Below are positions 49,385-57,741 of a DNA stretch of 64,000 nucleotides, piece after piece. The position numbers were made by a program, and so were the translations under genes. How positions within the stretch are numbered: position 1 is the stretch's first letter; each line of letters starts with the position of its first letter. The stretch lies in IMG/VR virus record IMGVR_UViG_3300046810_000338, positions 164,500 through 228,499 of that record; one strand, 5' to 3'. The notes under the pieces are model-generated. The model saw nothing but the letters and a program-made list of their open reading frames with translations, ran no database searches and was not told the DNA's origin.

Positions 49385-49398
49385 GTTCTAAGGAGAAC
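49385..49398 (+). promoter_or_regulatory. SD-occluding mini-hairpin (prototype of a repeated element)
   Basis: GTTCT-AAGG-AGAAC. Variants at 49751, 50706, 51206, 51760, 52095, 52597, 53429, 55106 and 55304. Confidence 0.75.
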
Positions 49399-49402
49399 TA
49401 AC

Positions 49403-49699
49403 ATGTCCATTACTACCACTATCGCCACTACCCTGAACAACATCTTCGCCCTCACTCGGGTTAAAGAGGTTACTCTGAAAGTCAATCAACCAGAAGCTCT
49501 GACCTACATTGAGACGGTTGAGGCTGGCGGGGTAATTAAGCGTCACGGCATCACCGTTACTTTCAATAACTTCCTGAACCCCTCTATGGGTTACAAACAG
49601 GTTGTACTCTGGAAGTACATGCAGCGCATGGCTAAATCCAATAACTTGGGTGAGCTGCGCGTCATCAACTTCAACGGCGAGATCTACTCCGTCGAGTAA
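49403..49699 (+). CDS. Hypothetical early protein
   Basis: 98 aa; AAGGAG RBS. Confidence 0.75.
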   Translation: MSITTTIATTLNNIFALTRVKEVTLKVNQPEALTYIETVEAGGVIKRHGITVTFNNFLNPSMGYKQVVLWKYMQRMAKSNNLGELRVINFNGEIYSVE

Positions 49700-49708
49700 T
49701 AGTAACAT

Positions 49709-49738
49709 CCTTAGCCTAACAATGGTGTTAGGCTAAGG
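49709..49738 (+). terminator. Intergenic stem-loop (no U-tract)
   Basis: CCTTAGCCTAACA-ATGG-TGTTAGGCTAAGG. Confidence 0.55.
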
Positions 49739-49769
49739 CTTACCTTCCAAGTCCTAAGGAGGACATGTC

Positions 49770-50651
49770 ATGAAACAAGCGAACATTACTTTCATCGAAG
49801 ATGCTGAAGGCGCCCTGATCTTTCAATACGAAGGTCGCAAGTATCTCTACGCTGGTCGTAAAGAGGGGACCATGTATGGTATCTCCACCATTCGTGAAGA
49901 ATGGAAGGAACTGCTGGAAGATGCTGGCAATCGTTCTTACGAGAAGGTTGGTAAGCGGGCTGTGGAGATTGGTCTGGACTTTGTATGTTTTGACCTGGGC
50001 GTCATTAACATCGACGCGGTGGCCAAGGTCACGGATCTAATGGAGACCTACGATGACTTCGAAGGTCTGGGTGTAATGTCAATCAGCAAAACCGATTGCC
50101 GTTCTCCAGACGGCATCACGATCGGTTTGATCGACGGCATGATCGCCATGGCTCGGGTTCTGCGTAAAGCCAACCTGGGCTCGGCAGAGGTACAAGAGGC
50201 TCTGAAGGACTTCACTACCGATGAGGATGTGAAGTGGTTGATGGAGCAGTCTGTACAGAACTGGGACTTCGAAGAGGACGCTAGCTGGCAACTGGGTGAT
50301 CCACTTCACCCAGTGGTCGTTCCTGAAACGGCTCCTCAGCCAGCCCTCGAATCTTCCAAAGATGGCAAGTACATGGTGGAGTATTGCCAGAAGACTTGGC
50401 CAGTCGGTTGGGATCACCAGGACTCGACCATCGAGTTTGACAGTCGGGATGAAATGACCACCTGGCTGGTGAACAAGATCGAGTGGTGCAAGTACGAAGA
50501 TAACGGCTTCCGTTGCCGCGTCTATTTGTACAAGGACAACTTTCCTTACTCGATCGGCAAAGGTGAATGGACTGACAAGCAGTTCAAAGACGTTGGCATG
50601 GGTTGTAAACCAACGGTTGAAGTCCTCGCCGACATGGAATGGATGAAGTAA
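49770..50651 (+). CDS. Hypothetical early protein
   Basis: 293 aa; AAGGAGG RBS. Confidence 0.75.
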   Translation: MKQANITFIEDAEGALIFQYEGRKYLYAGRKEGTMYGISTIREEWKELLEDAGNRSYEKVGKRAVEIGLDFVCFDLGVINIDAVAKVTDLMETYDDFEGLGVMSISKTDCRSPDGITIGLIDGMIAMARVLRKANLGSAEVQEALKDFTTDEDVKWLMEQSVQNWDFEEDASWQLGDPLHPVVVPETAPQPALESSKDGKYMVEYCQKTWPVGWDHQDSTIEFDSRDEMTTWLVNKIEWCKYEDNGFRCRVYLYKDNFPYSIGKGEWTDKQFKDVGMGCKPTVEVLADMEWMK

Positions 50652-50664
50652 AGCTGAATAGTAC

Positions 50665-50700
50665 CCCAGTCTCCCAATAGTGGGAGACTGGGTTTTATAC
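50665..50700 (+). terminator. Intergenic stem-loop followed by TTTTATAC
   Basis: CCCAGTCTCCCA-ATAG-TGGGAGACTGGG. Confidence 0.65.
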
Positions 50701-50723
50701 CCTCGGTTCTAAGGAGAACTAAA

Positions 50724-51212
50724 ATGGTTACTGATATTCGTGATCCGTTGGATAATGTTACCATGGTTGCCAAGCTGTTTGCAGGCTTCGTTGCCTCTGG
50801 TGATCTGGTGCTTGAACCGGAAGTTGATAATGAGGCTGCTCTGCGCAACTACCATCGTTGCCGCGAGTTCGCCAAGGGGCGTGGGTTGCCGGGTGCCAAT
50901 CTGGAAGAAGACATGGATCTGGTCAAGATCGCTCGTCTGCGCAGTGCTGCTCAGATCCTGTCAGCCTTTACCAAAGACGATGTCCATCGCATGAAGGACT
51001 ATATCTCGGTCGAAGGTGCCAAGAACAATTTGCAGGCACTGTGTCGCGCAGTCGAATTGGGTATGGTAGAATTCAAACCGTTGACCAGCAATGAGGTCTA
51101 CGTTGAGAACTGCCGTATCGCCAACGAATTCTTGAGCCTGCCAAACCCTTTCACTCCACCGCCTGCGCCTACCAAGCCTTTGCTTTCGGTTATCAAATCT
51201 ACCAAGTTCTAA
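50724..51212 (+). CDS. Hypothetical early protein
   Basis: 162 aa; AAGGAG RBS. Confidence 0.75.
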   Translation: MVTDIRDPLDNVTMVAKLFAGFVASGDLVLEPEVDNEAALRNYHRCREFAKGRGLPGANLEEDMDLVKIARLRSAAQILSAFTKDDVHRMKDYISVEGAKNNLQALCRAVELGMVEFKPLTSNEVYVENCRIANEFLSLPNPFTPPPAPTKPLLSVIKSTKF

Positions 51213-51222
51213 GGAGAACAAG

Positions 51223-51711
51223 ATGGACGTACATTTCAAAGTTGACAATCGGAATACTCTCGGGAAGTTTCCTCTGGCCGCCTACATTCAGGCACCCAAG
51301 GTCGATGTCGATCTTTTTCGCAGGGAGCTGCACTGGGTCAGTGAGAAGTTTGAGAGCGAAGCTCTGCGTGCAGAGAAGATGTTCTACATCGCTTACGAAC
51401 ACGGTGGCGATGCGCTGATAGTCGAACTGATCGATCTGGCTAAGCGCTGCACCCCAGATCTGGGGATTGCTAAGACCACCGACAACCAATTCGTGTTCAG
51501 GCATGTTCTACTGCATGGTATCGACGTCACTCAGGACGACCAGTACAAGTGCCTGTATGCAGTTCACATGCTGCAACAGATTCTTAGTTTTGCTGCACTG
51601 CCTGACGGTCCTGGTGAAGAAGGTCATCTGGACTTCGTTGCCAAAGCGTTTGACACGTTGGTTGATCGCCTGCGTGCAACTGTCAAGACCATGAACAAGC
51701 TTCAAGGTTAA
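51223..51711 (+). CDS. Hypothetical early protein
   Basis: 162 aa; AAGGAG RBS. Confidence 0.75.
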   Translation: MDVHFKVDNRNTLGKFPLAAYIQAPKVDVDLFRRELHWVSEKFESEALRAEKMFYIAYEHGGDALIVELIDLAKRCTPDLGIAKTTDNQFVFRHVLLHGIDVTQDDQYKCLYAVHMLQQILSFAALPDGPGEEGHLDFVAKAFDTLVDRLRATVKTMNKLQG

Positions 51712-51721
51712 CCTGAAATAC

Positions 51722-51755
51722 CCCAGCCCATCATTTCGATGGGTTGGGTTTATAC
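51722..51755 (+). terminator. Intergenic stem-loop followed by TTTATAC
   Basis: CCCAGCCCATC-ATTTC-GATGGGTTGGG. Confidence 0.6.
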
Positions 51756-51776
51756 TCGCGATTCTAGGAGAATCAC

Positions 51777-52091
51777 ATGGAATACGTACAAGCTGCTCTG
51801 ATCATTGCTCTTTGCTTAGCTACTCTGCTACGTGTTGTTTACTGGGCTGTACATGGTGGCGCTTACGTTCGTTCGGTAGGCGTCATGTTCAAGGCTGCAA
51901 GTCGTGGTGAGGATTACTACGAAGTTGTGGTTGGCGGTACTCGGCTGCGCAAGGTGTTAGAAGTTGAGGCTACTCTGTCTCCTCTGCACAGCGAACACGC
52001 ACTGCGTCGCCGCATCTGGCGGATGGCAAAACGGTGTGAACCAAAAATCAGTCGGATCAGCTATGCTGGTCACGTCTACGCTTACAATTAA
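51777..52091 (+). CDS. Hypothetical protein with N-terminal membrane anchor
   Basis: AALIIALCLATLLRVVYWAV hydrophobic segment. Confidence 0.7.
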   Translation: MEYVQAALIIALCLATLLRVVYWAVHGGAYVRSVGVMFKAASRGEDYYEVVVGGTRLRKVLEVEATLSPLHSEHALRRRIWRMAKRCEPKISRISYAGHVYAYN

Positions 52092-52115
52092 TCCTAGTTC
52101 AAAGGAGAACTAAAC

Positions 52116-52523
52116 ATGGCTCTTAAAGATTACATCCTGCTGATCAAAAAGAACAAACCGGTCCTGCTGGCTGTCGGCATGACCGTGCTGTTGGTTCCGG
52201 CGCTCATCACCTACTGGCTCTACAGCTGGCTGGGTGAGAGCGCTGTCACCTGGCTGACTCTCTGGAGCGTCATCTTCATGGAGGGAGTGCGCTTCTTCGT
52301 CGGTCGCTCTGCCGATTTCAAGGCAGGGGTTGCAAAGTCGTTGTCCAAGGTTTTCGCTGCCCAGGGTTACATGCTCTCCTGTCGCATCTGCTCTATCGTC
52401 GTTACCATCGGCCTGCTTTATGCCGGCTGGTGGATGTGCGCTGTGCTCACGCTGGTTGTGTGGTACCAGTTTGAAAGCTTGGTCAAGGCGGCTAGCAAGC
52501 CTGCCGATGGCGTAACCTTCTAA
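52116..52523 (+). CDS. Multi-pass membrane protein
   Basis: 135 aa with 3-4 hydrophobic segments. Confidence 0.75.
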   Translation: MALKDYILLIKKNKPVLLAVGMTVLLVPALITYWLYSWLGESAVTWLTLWSVIFMEGVRFFVGRSADFKAGVAKSLSKVFAAQGYMLSCRICSIVVTIGLLYAGWWMCAVLTLVVWYQFESLVKAASKPADGVTF

Positions 52524-52615
52524 CACCCTAGGGCTCTCCGGGAGAGAGCCCGCTCTTAAGTGCATTGATTTCCAGTGTACTTAAAAGTCGTATCCCATTT
52601 CTAAGGAGAAATACC

Positions 52616-53170
52616 ATGACTCATCCATCCTACAACGCTGTACAGAACGCCACTCTGGAAGCTGGCTCCATTGCATTCGATCCCAAGAAAGATCAGCCCG
52701 CCGGCTACGGTATCTTTCTTAACGTCTTCTACCTCGCCGAACACCGCAAGCATGCCGATAACTTGCCGTGCATCGAAATCCTCGAAGGCGACATGGAGCA
52801 CAATGACTACTACGGTCCTCTGACTCGTCGCAACCTGCGTCTGAAAGTGGGCACTCTGGTGCGGGCAGTGTCGCCTGGCAAGAACAACCGTCGGATGTTG
52901 ATCCTTGCTGGTCACACCGGCAACCTGGTTCTGTTCGAACGTTACACCGGTGGCGACAAAGGCGTGCTCGTCATGAACGTTCCTCGCGAATACACCCATC
53001 TGTTCGGTGGTTCGGCGTCTACTGAACACGACGTGCAATTGATGACGGGTGGTCTGTGGGGTACCAACGTCGTGCAGATCATGACCGACGTCATGCGCAC
53101 CTTCATCACCACCGACTTCTCTGGCGACCAAATCGTCACTAACAACGATCGGGATCTTGACGATGAGTAA
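52616..53170 (+). CDS. Hypothetical early protein
   Basis: AAGGAG RBS; ATG at 52616 (MTHPSY); GNLVLFERY motif. Confidence 0.75.
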   Translation: MTHPSYNAVQNATLEAGSIAFDPKKDQPAGYGIFLNVFYLAEHRKHADNLPCIEILEGDMEHNDYYGPLTRRNLRLKVGTLVRAVSPGKNNRRMLILAGHTGNLVLFERYTGGDKGVLVMNVPREYTHLFGGSASTEHDVQLMTGGLWGTNVVQIMTDVMRTFITTDFSGDQIVTNNDRDLDDE

Positions 53171-53387
53171 TTTAAACGTTGACTACGAACCGGATGAGAT
53201 CCGCGATAACCTTTCCCCTGCCGAACAAGCGGTCTACGACAAAAACGTTGCCGCCGATATTCGGATCATCATGTCCGACCAAGCCATTCGTGACCGCCTG
53301 GTCGGTCCGTGGGATGGTGAAGGCTGGGATGAGGGTATGGACGAAGTCACCCGCCTGCAACGCATCAACATGATGCCTGTCAAGTAA
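53163..53387 (+). CDS. Small acidic hypothetical protein
   Basis: ATG at 53163 overlaps the end of the previous gene. Confidence 0.6.
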   Translation: MSNLNVDYEPDEIRDNLSPAEQAVYDKNVAADIRIIMSDQAIRDRLVGPWDGEGWDEGMDEVTRLQRINMMPVK

Positions 53388-53392
53388 TCTAC

Positions 53393-53420
53393 AGTCTGGG
53401 CCACAAAGGTGGCCCAGACT
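53393..53420 (+). terminator. Intergenic stem-loop (no U-tract)
   Basis: AGTCTGGGCCAC-AAAG-GTGGCCCAGACT. Confidence 0.55.
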
Positions 53421-53447
53421 ACATCCATGGTTCTAAGGAGAATTAAA

Positions 53448-55076
53448 ATGTCTAATGAAAGCAAAGTTTTGGTAAACGGTACTCCAATGGAAGCCGTCTT
53501 CCCTGAAGGGACTGAAGTGGTCGCCGACGACAAAGTTCGTTACACCATCGTTCATGGTCGCTGGGTTCCAGAAGGTGCAGTACAAAAGGCACTGTCCTGC
53601 ATTCATCTGGACGCGTCTGCCAATCGCATGGAATTGATGAACGCCATGCTCGACGGCAAAACAAAAGTTACTGGCAAGCCCTACCCGTTCCCACCGTTTC
53701 CTCTTGATGGCACCGAGGAAACAAATCGAACAGAGTTGTCTCCAGAAGAAAAGGCCAGTCTGTTCATTGCTAACGAATGCGGTGCAGTCAGTGAGGCGAC
53801 CCACGCGATCCTCGTTGAACACATCGTTAACGAACGCAAGGCGCCAGTCACCGAATTGCCGGAACCGGCGTTGTCTACCATTCAAAAATACGCTAATTTC
53901 CGCGACATCGGTGCTCTGGAAATCGGTGGCGGTGGTTCCCAAAAACACTACCAAACGCCAAGTAAGACCCGAGTCGAGCTGGAACAGGAACTTTCCAGTT
54001 TCATGTTCCTTATGGCAACCGGTAAGGAGATGCCAGAGGACCCTTTGGACAAGGCGCTCATCATGGCCAACACGTTCCTGCCAACCAGCCCAAAGCTGAA
54101 TGCCATTATCAGCCGGGCCGAGGAGCTGCACCCTGGCTTAAAGGCTCGGTTGTTTATGTCGGTGGAAGGCAAGCCGGATTTTGCTATTGGCGATGTAGAC
54201 CCGGAACTGCTTCCAGCTCTGTCTCAGGCACTCAAGGAATACAGCGCTCCGCCTGCACCAGAATCGCTCTTTGCCCATGAGCCCATTCTGGCCAGCAATC
54301 GCAAGACACCGGCAGAGATGGCGCAGGATGGTTACTGCTTCGGTACGGAAACCAGCACCCTGGTTCCCTCCGATGATGAACCAGTTATCGTTGTGGCGGC
54401 AGGACATCTTGCCGAGGTGGAACAACAACGCGGTGTTCATCGTGAAGGACGTGGCTTCGTAACCCGCCGCGTGATCATGGCTGAATCCAGCACACCTTTC
54501 ACAGGGCGCAACGTGATAACCTCGCCACCACCAATTGTCGAGGATTTGTCGCTGTTAATAACCGCGTGGAAGGTCATGGGGTTAGATCCTGACAACCTGC
54601 ACCGTGAGAGCTGGCACCTGGACATCGGCAGTAACCGTGCTCACAAACTCTTTGTCCAAGAACTGGAAAAGTGTCTGGATTCGGCTGGTAAGCTTTTTAT
54701 CGGTCCGGATGAACTCGCCGAATGGTACGACATGTTGAAGCTGCCGATCCGCGGCATTCTTCAACAACGCAGGCCAACTATCTATTACCCAGAGGACCAA
54801 ACGCTTAAACACGCTTGGGACAAAATGGGTTTAGACTTTGCGCGTCTTCCAGAACGTGATCGCAATCTCAACATCGCCGACTATTCTGCATGGATGCTGT
54901 TCGTTGCTGAGATTCGTAAACTGTTTCTCGATGAGAACGGCGTCGATTGGTTAAAGCCAATCGACAATGAACTGCTCAGCAAAATCCTCGCCCATCCCAT
55001 CGAAGACATTCTGGACATTATGCCCAGAGAGAGTTTGGATGAAATGTTGGCAGAAAATAAATCCTACAATGCCTGA
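53448..55076 (+). CDS. Hypothetical multi-module protein with duplicated C-terminal domain
   Basis: ATG at 53448 after AAGGAG; AWKVMGLD...WHLDI versus AWDKMGLD...RNLNI. Confidence 0.75.
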   Translation: MSNESKVLVNGTPMEAVFPEGTEVVADDKVRYTIVHGRWVPEGAVQKALSCIHLDASANRMELMNAMLDGKTKVTGKPYPFPPFPLDGTEETNRTELSPEEKASLFIANECGAVSEATHAILVEHIVNERKAPVTELPEPALSTIQKYANFRDIGALEIGGGGSQKHYQTPSKTRVELEQELSSFMFLMATGKEMPEDPLDKALIMANTFLPTSPKLNAIISRAEELHPGLKARLFMSVEGKPDFAIGDVDPELLPALSQALKEYSAPPAPESLFAHEPILASNRKTPAEMAQDGYCFGTETSTLVPSDDEPVIVVAAGHLAEVEQQRGVHREGRGFVTRRVIMAESSTPFTGRNVITSPPPIVEDLSLLITAWKVMGLDPDNLHRESWHLDIGSNRAHKLFVQELEKCLDSAGKLFIGPDELAEWYDMLKLPIRGILQQRRPTIYYPEDQTLKHAWDKMGLDFARLPERDRNLNIADYSAWMLFVAEIRKLFLDENGVDWLKPIDNELLSKILAHPIEDILDIMPRESLDEMLAENKSYNA

Positions 55077-55124
55077 TCGTCATTAGACGAAGGCATCTAT
55101 CTCCATTTTCTTAAGGCAGAAAAG

Positions 55125-55310
55125 ATGAAAAATGTAATCGCAGTAGTAACCGGGTTGATCCTTGGCGCAGCGCTCATGGCTGGCCATTACGAGAAGCCCG
55201 GTGTTGCACAGGATCGTTCAACGGTCGTTGTGGGTCATCGTGTGGCCCCCAATGGTCAACAAATGGTTAGCTTTGCAGACGGCCATGTTATCACCGTACT
55301 GCAATTCTAA
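55125..55310 (+). CDS. Small secreted or membrane-anchored protein
   Basis: MKNVIAVVTGLILGAALMAG is signal-peptide-like. Confidence 0.65.
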   Translation: MKNVIAVVTGLILGAALMAGHYEKPGVAQDRSTVVVGHRVAPNGQQMVSFADGHVITVLQF

Positions 55311-55320
55311 GGAGAGTGTT

Positions 55321-55614
55321 ATGCAACAGCAGTTTAAAGTATTGGAAAGCAGTCTGCGGACTGTGCTGGATGAGGCACCTGCTTTGCTTCATCACGAAGA
55401 GCTGAGCCCTTGTTTGAAGATGGCGTTGCTGAACAGCCTTCGTAACGACTTGGCAGATTTGCTCAATCGTATTGCCAATCTGTCTGGGCAGTCGCCAGAG
55501 ACTCACACCAACATTTTCCGAGAGGCCAGTCGCTTCTGTTTGCAAGTGAGCGACCTGAATAAGCCATCGCAGGGTATGTGGAGAATGGAACATGGCGGTT
55601 ATGGTGGCTTCTAA
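55321..55614 (+). CDS. Hypothetical protein
   Basis: AAGGAG RBS; ATG at 55321. Confidence 0.65.
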   Translation: MQQQFKVLESSLRTVLDEAPALLHHEELSPCLKMALLNSLRNDLADLLNRIANLSGQSPETHTNIFREASRFCLQVSDLNKPSQGMWRMEHGGYGGF

Positions 55615-55873
55615 GTCCTGGGTTGATCCAGCCTTTGCCAGGCTGCAAATGATGAGCCTGGTTGTTCAGGCTCAGTATCTTCACCGAGCATTGTCGGGCA
55701 AGCCCACCTTGCTCAACCTGATGCTCGACAACATCAAGCAGGAATCGGACCACTGGGTTCGGTTCCTGCCTAAAATGGACCATCCGGTCTACGTGATTGC
55801 AACGCCGTTCGATCCCAATCGGGAACGATCGGTGGATGAATTCCCAATTGAATTTAAGGAGTTAGTACCATGA
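55592..55873 (+). CDS. Hypothetical protein
   Basis: 93 aa; overlap-packed. Confidence 0.6.
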   Translation: MAVMVASKSWVDPAFARLQMMSLVVQAQYLHRALSGKPTLLNLMLDNIKQESDHWVRFLPKMDHPVYVIATPFDPNRERSVDEFPIEFKELVP

Positions 55874-56244
55874 CCATGATGAACATTTTTACCCGAGGAG
55901 CGCGCACCATGCCAACTGAAGAAGAGTACCACCCAATCCTGTTCGTGCGTAACGAAAAGGATGAGCACGTCCCAGTGGACAACAATCCCCTGTGGATTGC
56001 CAAGCTGGGTCAGGTCATTGACCGTGGGGAATCCTTTGCCGACCTGATCGGCCCACTGCTGGTCCGTCGCGGGTGCGAAGGAGACTGGCATTATTACCCA
56101 GCTCCATTTCTGTTCAAGTCTCCTGAAGAACGCCGGGTTGCAGCCACTCGCCGTGGCAAGAACCCACCCGCAGAGCCATGGGTCCGCCGTAAGCTGGCCC
56201 TGCTCTATCGACTGGCTCGCCGTGAATATAAACTGGTGGCCTAA
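55870..56244 (+). CDS. Hypothetical protein
   Basis: AAGGAG RBS; ATGA overlap. Confidence 0.65.
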   Translation: MTMMNIFTRGARTMPTEEEYHPILFVRNEKDEHVPVDNNPLWIAKLGQVIDRGESFADLIGPLLVRRGCEGDWHYYPAPFLFKSPEERRVAATRRGKNPPAEPWVRRKLALLYRLARREYKLVA

Positions 56245-56307
56245 ATATAACAGGAGTATTTCACTCACTTACTTACTTTCAACTTTGCTGGTAGCCGAGG
56301 GGGGTAC

Positions 56308-56784
56308 ATGAAAATTGGATGTTGCGAACATGTTTCCTCCCTTGTAGCCAAAGAGGTCGGCTTACAATGGACTGGTCGGAAAATGGCCCTAAGAGACTTA
56401 GGGCCAACTGATCGGGTAACAGGTTTATTTTTTGTCTCCACGTACATTGACTTGTCCTTGGATGAGTACATTTATTTGATTGACCATCTTTCTCTGTTGA
56501 CGATGTTCAATGGAATACGATGCAAGATCCCCGCGTTCCATTTCAACTCTGCCATGGTCAGCTATTTGGAGCATGCCGGACATCGGTATTGGTACATCGC
56601 TGTCAATGGAGAACTGGTGAGAATAAGAGAGATGACCATGACCAAGCTGTCCAATCGATTGAACATCAACCTCGATGAAGACATCCGTCATTGCTTTGAT
56701 CAGCTCTTCATTCACTCCCCAGTAGAAGCCCGTCAAACTTACATGCCTCAACGTGGTAAAACACCTCGATTGAAATGGTCGTAA
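56308..56784 (+). CDS. Hypothetical protein
   Basis: 158 aa; GAGGGG RBS. Confidence 0.65.
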   Translation: MKIGCCEHVSSLVAKEVGLQWTGRKMALRDLGPTDRVTGLFFVSTYIDLSLDEYIYLIDHLSLLTMFNGIRCKIPAFHFNSAMVSYLEHAGHRYWYIAVNGELVRIREMTMTKLSNRLNINLDEDIRHCFDQLFIHSPVEARQTYMPQRGKTPRLKWS

Positions 56785-56789
56785 TACTC

Positions 56790-56830
56790 TGCCTGTACAG
56801 CCGCTACTGCGGCTGTACAGGCATTATGCC
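56790..56830 (+). terminator. Perfect 15-bp stem-loop followed by TTATGCC
   Basis: TGCCTGTACAGCCGC-TACT-GCGGCTGTACAGGCA. Confidence 0.7.
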
Positions 56831-56894
56831 ACCTATTTTCTTTTTGTTACTGTATGACACACGACTACCTTTTCTTGTCTACGAGTGTATTCTA

Positions 56895-57278
56895 ATGCAG
56901 TTAGAAAATAGAATTGAGCGTACACACGAACTGAAAAACATGTTGAGTGGCCCAGGACCTGCTGTCGTCCAACACTGGGAAGACTACCGCAAGTTTGAAG
57001 CCATGATGGGTGGCGACCATGAGGTTGCACTTTTCTTTGCTGAGCAAGATGTAAAGCGCGAAATCAGCAATGGGAAGTTCAATACCCCGGTTGCACAATC
57101 CGATCTGGATCTGTTCGTGATCAGGGCCCCAACCATTTTACGGTGGTTGGATAAAGACATTTCCGCTGTCATTGAAGTAGGAGGGAATGACGCCATTGTA
57201 TACCTGAAAACTTTATCTGATCTGCGCCAGATTCTTACCCGGACACTGGAGCACTATCAGAGGATCGTGGGTGTATAA
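56895..57278 (+). CDS. Hypothetical protein
   Basis: ATG at 56895 (MQLENRI); the longer ORF-track start crosses the terminator. Confidence 0.6.
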   Translation: MQLENRIERTHELKNMLSGPGPAVVQHWEDYRKFEAMMGGDHEVALFFAEQDVKREISNGKFNTPVAQSDLDLFVIRAPTILRWLDKDISAVIEVGGNDAIVYLKTLSDLRQILTRTLEHYQRIVGV

Positions 57279-57728
57279 ATGACCGTCGAAGTTGTTTACC
57301 GCAACTTGTTTGATTCAACCGAAGACGCCATCGTCATCACAGTCAACTGTGGTGGCATCATGGGTAAAGGTGTGGCTGAAGGTTTCAAGCATCGATACCC
57401 GTTATGCTTCTTCGATTACAACCGACGCTGTAAAGGGGCTCTGGTTAAACCAGGGAGAATCACGTTGAAGGACGTGTACCGCTTGCCTAACGGTAAGTAC
57501 GCGATTCTATTCCCTACCAAATCCACCTGGAGAAGGAACTCTGATATTGAATGGATTAAAAGTGGACTAAAAGACTTATGCGACATTGTCTTGCATCTAG
57601 GTCTGGACTCCATTGCCATGCCTCCACCGGGTTGCGGTAATGGCGGTCTGGATTGGGATAAAGAAGTTGGGCCATTAGTCCACGAATGGTGGGATGGTTC
57701 TGAGGTAGAAGTCGTGGTGTGCAGGTAG
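57279..57728 (+). CDS. Macro domain ADP-ribosylhydrolase (DarG-like)
   Basis: VITVNCGGIMGKGVA.GFK.RYP, FPTK..WR..S, SIAMPPPGCGNGGLDW. Confidence 0.88.
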   Translation: MTVEVVYRNLFDSTEDAIVITVNCGGIMGKGVAEGFKHRYPLCFFDYNRRCKGALVKPGRITLKDVYRLPNGKYAILFPTKSTWRRNSDIEWIKSGLKDLCDIVLHLGLDSIAMPPPGCGNGGLDWDKEVGPLVHEWWDGSEVEVVVCR

Positions 57729-57741
57729 ACATTATATGTGC

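Noticed and set aside
49385-55317. Repeated GTTCTAAGGAGAAC as a CRISPR-like or attC-like repeat
   Set aside because: The repeats are only ~14 nt, are separated by whole genes and always coincide with an RBS. No cas or integrase gene is present in the window.
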